DNA from: a virus
Lineage: Duplodnaviria > Caudoviricetes
Virus record (IMG/VR): IMGVR_UViG_3300022748_000181
Location: 1-59,688 of that record
DNA length: 59,688 nt
Strand: one strand, 5' to 3'
In this document: piece by piece, positions 57,867-59,688 of the stretch
Layout of the letters: every line of letters starts with the position of its first letter
Position numbering within the stretch: the first letter of the stretch is position 1
Position numbers and translations under genes: made by a program
Notes under the pieces: model-generated
What the model saw: only the letters and a program-made list of their open reading frames with translations
The model's database searches: none
What the model was told of the DNA's origin: nothing

Positions 57867-59579
57867 ATGGCTGGATGGAAAAAGTATTTTAAGACATCAA
57901 ATTTACCGAGTAATATTAGTCCCCTAGGCGGTGGCCGAGCGCCTGACCCTGGGTTTCGTAATTACCAAAGTCAATTACCCGAAGTCTACATCGGACACCC
58001 TAACCGTATTGAACGTTACAACCAATACGAACAAATGGACATGGACAGTGAAGTTAACGCTGCATTGGACATTTTGGCTGAGTTTTGTACACAAAAAAAT
58101 GAAGAAAATCATACTGCATTTACTATCAAGTACAAAGAACAGCCCAGCGACAACGAAGTAAAGATTATCAAGGAGCAGCTACAACAGTGGGTTGCCCTTA
58201 ACGACTTTAATAAAAGAATATTTAAAGTAGTTCGCAATACCTTAAAGTACGGTGATCAAGTGTTCATTCGCGATCCGGAAAACTTTAAGTTGTACTGGAC
58301 TGAAATGACCAAGGTCACTAAGGTTATTGTTAACGAAGGCGAGGGTAAAAAGCCCGAGCAGTATTTGATTAAAGACATTAATCCAAACTTCCAAAACTTG
58401 TCAATGACAGCGGTAGCATCAACTGATACCTATACAAATCACCCACAAACAGGTGGTCCAAGCGGTGCATATGTACAGCCACAAGCACCGTACGGCGGCG
58501 GTAGCCGCTTTAGTCACGCCAAAAACGAAGCAGCAATCGCAGCAGAACACGTTTTACACGTTAGTTTAACAGAAGGCTTGGACGTATTTTGGCCGTTTGG
58601 TAATAGTGTATTAGAGAACATTTTTAAGGTTTTTAAGCAGAAAGAACTGCTTGAAGATAGTATTATTATCTACCGTGTGCAACGTGCACCGGAGCGTAGA
58701 ATCTTTAAAATTGACGTTGGTAACATGCCAAGCCACATGGCTATGGCCTTTGTTGAGCGTATTAAAAACGAAATTCATCAACGCCGTATACCTACACAAA
58801 CAGGCGCTGGCGCACAAAACATGATGGATGCTACATATAATCCGTTGAGTACAAACGAAGATTACTTCTTCCCTACTACAGCAGACGGTCGTGGATCTAG
58901 TGTTGATGTATTGCCAGGCGGCGCAAACCTAGGCGAAATTACAGATTTGCGCTTCTTTACTAACAAGTTATTCCGTGGTTTGCGTATTCCTAGCAGCTAT
59001 TTGCCTACTACAGCAGATGACGGTAGTCAAGCATATACAGACGGCCGTGTTGGTACAGCACTTATCCAAGAATGGCGTTTTAATCAATATTGCAGACGTC
59101 TACAGGCAATGATTGCAGACAAGTTAGACAGCGAATTTAAGCTGTTTATGCGTTGGAGAGGATTTAATATTGACGGGTCAATGTTTGATTTGCAATTTAA
59201 CGAACCTCAAAACTTTGCACAATACCGCCAAGCTGACATTGACAGTGCCCGGATTGCTACATTTACACAGCTAGAAGCATACCCTTACCTAAGCAAGCGT
59301 TTCTTAATGAAACGTTACCTAGGCATGAGTGAACAAGAGATCAGTGAAAACGAAACAATGTGGTCTGAGGAGCGAGGTGATACTGAATCGGCAGCAGCAG
59401 AACCGGCTGGATTACGTAGTGTTGGTATTAGCCCAGGTGGATTACAAAATGATATTGAAGCATTAGGCCCCGAGGCACCCGCTGGTGCACCTGGTCCAGG
59501 CGGGGAAATGTCGGGTGCACCAGCAGCAGGATCAGCAGCGCCAGCAGCAGGATCGGCTGGGCCCGGACCAGCTTTATAA
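57867..59579 (+). CDS. gp20: Portal protein (T4 gp20-like)
   Basis: YEQMDMDSEVNAALDI, LLEDSIIIYRVQRAPERRIFKIDVGNMP, EDYFFP...GRGSSVDVLPGG, LRIPSSYL. Confidence 0.93.
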   Translation: MAGWKKYFKTSNLPSNISPLGGGRAPDPGFRNYQSQLPEVYIGHPNRIERYNQYEQMDMDSEVNAALDILAEFCTQKNEENHTAFTIKYKEQPSDNEVKIIKEQLQQWVALNDFNKRIFKVVRNTLKYGDQVFIRDPENFKLYWTEMTKVTKVIVNEGEGKKPEQYLIKDINPNFQNLSMTAVASTDTYTNHPQTGGPSGAYVQPQAPYGGGSRFSHAKNEAAIAAEHVLHVSLTEGLDVFWPFGNSVLENIFKVFKQKELLEDSIIIYRVQRAPERRIFKIDVGNMPSHMAMAFVERIKNEIHQRRIPTQTGAGAQNMMDATYNPLSTNEDYFFPTTADGRGSSVDVLPGGANLGEITDLRFFTNKLFRGLRIPSSYLPTTADDGSQAYTDGRVGTALIQEWRFNQYCRRLQAMIADKLDSEFKLFMRWRGFNIDGSMFDLQFNEPQNFAQYRQADIDSARIATFTQLEAYPYLSKRFLMKRYLGMSEQEISENETMWSEERGDTESAAAEPAGLRSVGISPGGLQNDIEALGPEAPAGAPGPGGEMSGAPAAGSAAPAAGSAGPGPAL

Positions 59580-59600
59580 CAAAAAAGGTTAAATAGTAGT

Positions 59601-59688
59601 ATGTACGTTATGGAATTATTTGACCCTGCGGTCCCCGGCTATCAAGATCCAAAAGCTGATCAAAGCGTTATCAAAATGGATCAGAGCC
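59601..59688 (+). CDS. Start of hypothetical protein after portal (3' truncated)
   Basis: MYVMELFDPAVPGYQDPKADQSVIKMDQS open to window end; TTAAATA 5 nt before ATG. Confidence 0.6.
   Translation, partial: MYVMELFDPAVPGYQDPKADQSVIKMDQS

Noticed and set aside
59400-59579. CAGCAGCAGGATC repeats at the portal 3' end
   Set aside because: Encode a low-complexity Ala/Pro/Gly tail (PAAGSA) typical of portal C-termini
1-59688. Alternative genetic code or diversity-generating retroelement
   Set aside because: Long ORFs tile the window under the standard code; no reverse transcriptase or template/variable repeat pair noticed

Overview
This window is part of a large T4-like (myovirus-type) bacteriophage genome, standard genetic code. 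Right end: portal (gp20-like), a tape-measure-like protein with a C-terminal zinc-peptidase motif, a gp26/gp51-like chaperone pair joined by a -1 slippery site, a GIY-YIG endonuclease, gp46/gp47 (Rad50/Mre11-like) split by a radical SAM gene, and a gp55-like late sigma factor. From 48670 to 3558, about 45 kb of tightly packed minus-strand genes run from baseplate genes through a 3794-aa giant structural protein and tail fibres into a 16-kb enzyme cluster. That cluster holds several glycosyltransferase-like genes, five radical SAM enzymes with an N-terminal Cys cluster, four SGNH-like proteins, a NodU-type carbamoyltransferase and an APS kinase. Further GT-like genes and the end of a DegT-type aminotransferase lie at the left edge. 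The two most notable signals are (1) a ~510-nt ORF-free, densely base-paired element starting at the stop codon of the GIY-YIG gene, a candidate large ncRNA, and (2) the tail-linked glycan-tailoring/radical SAM cluster, a candidate virion-decoration pathway. All family calls come from motif recognition by eye, not database searches.
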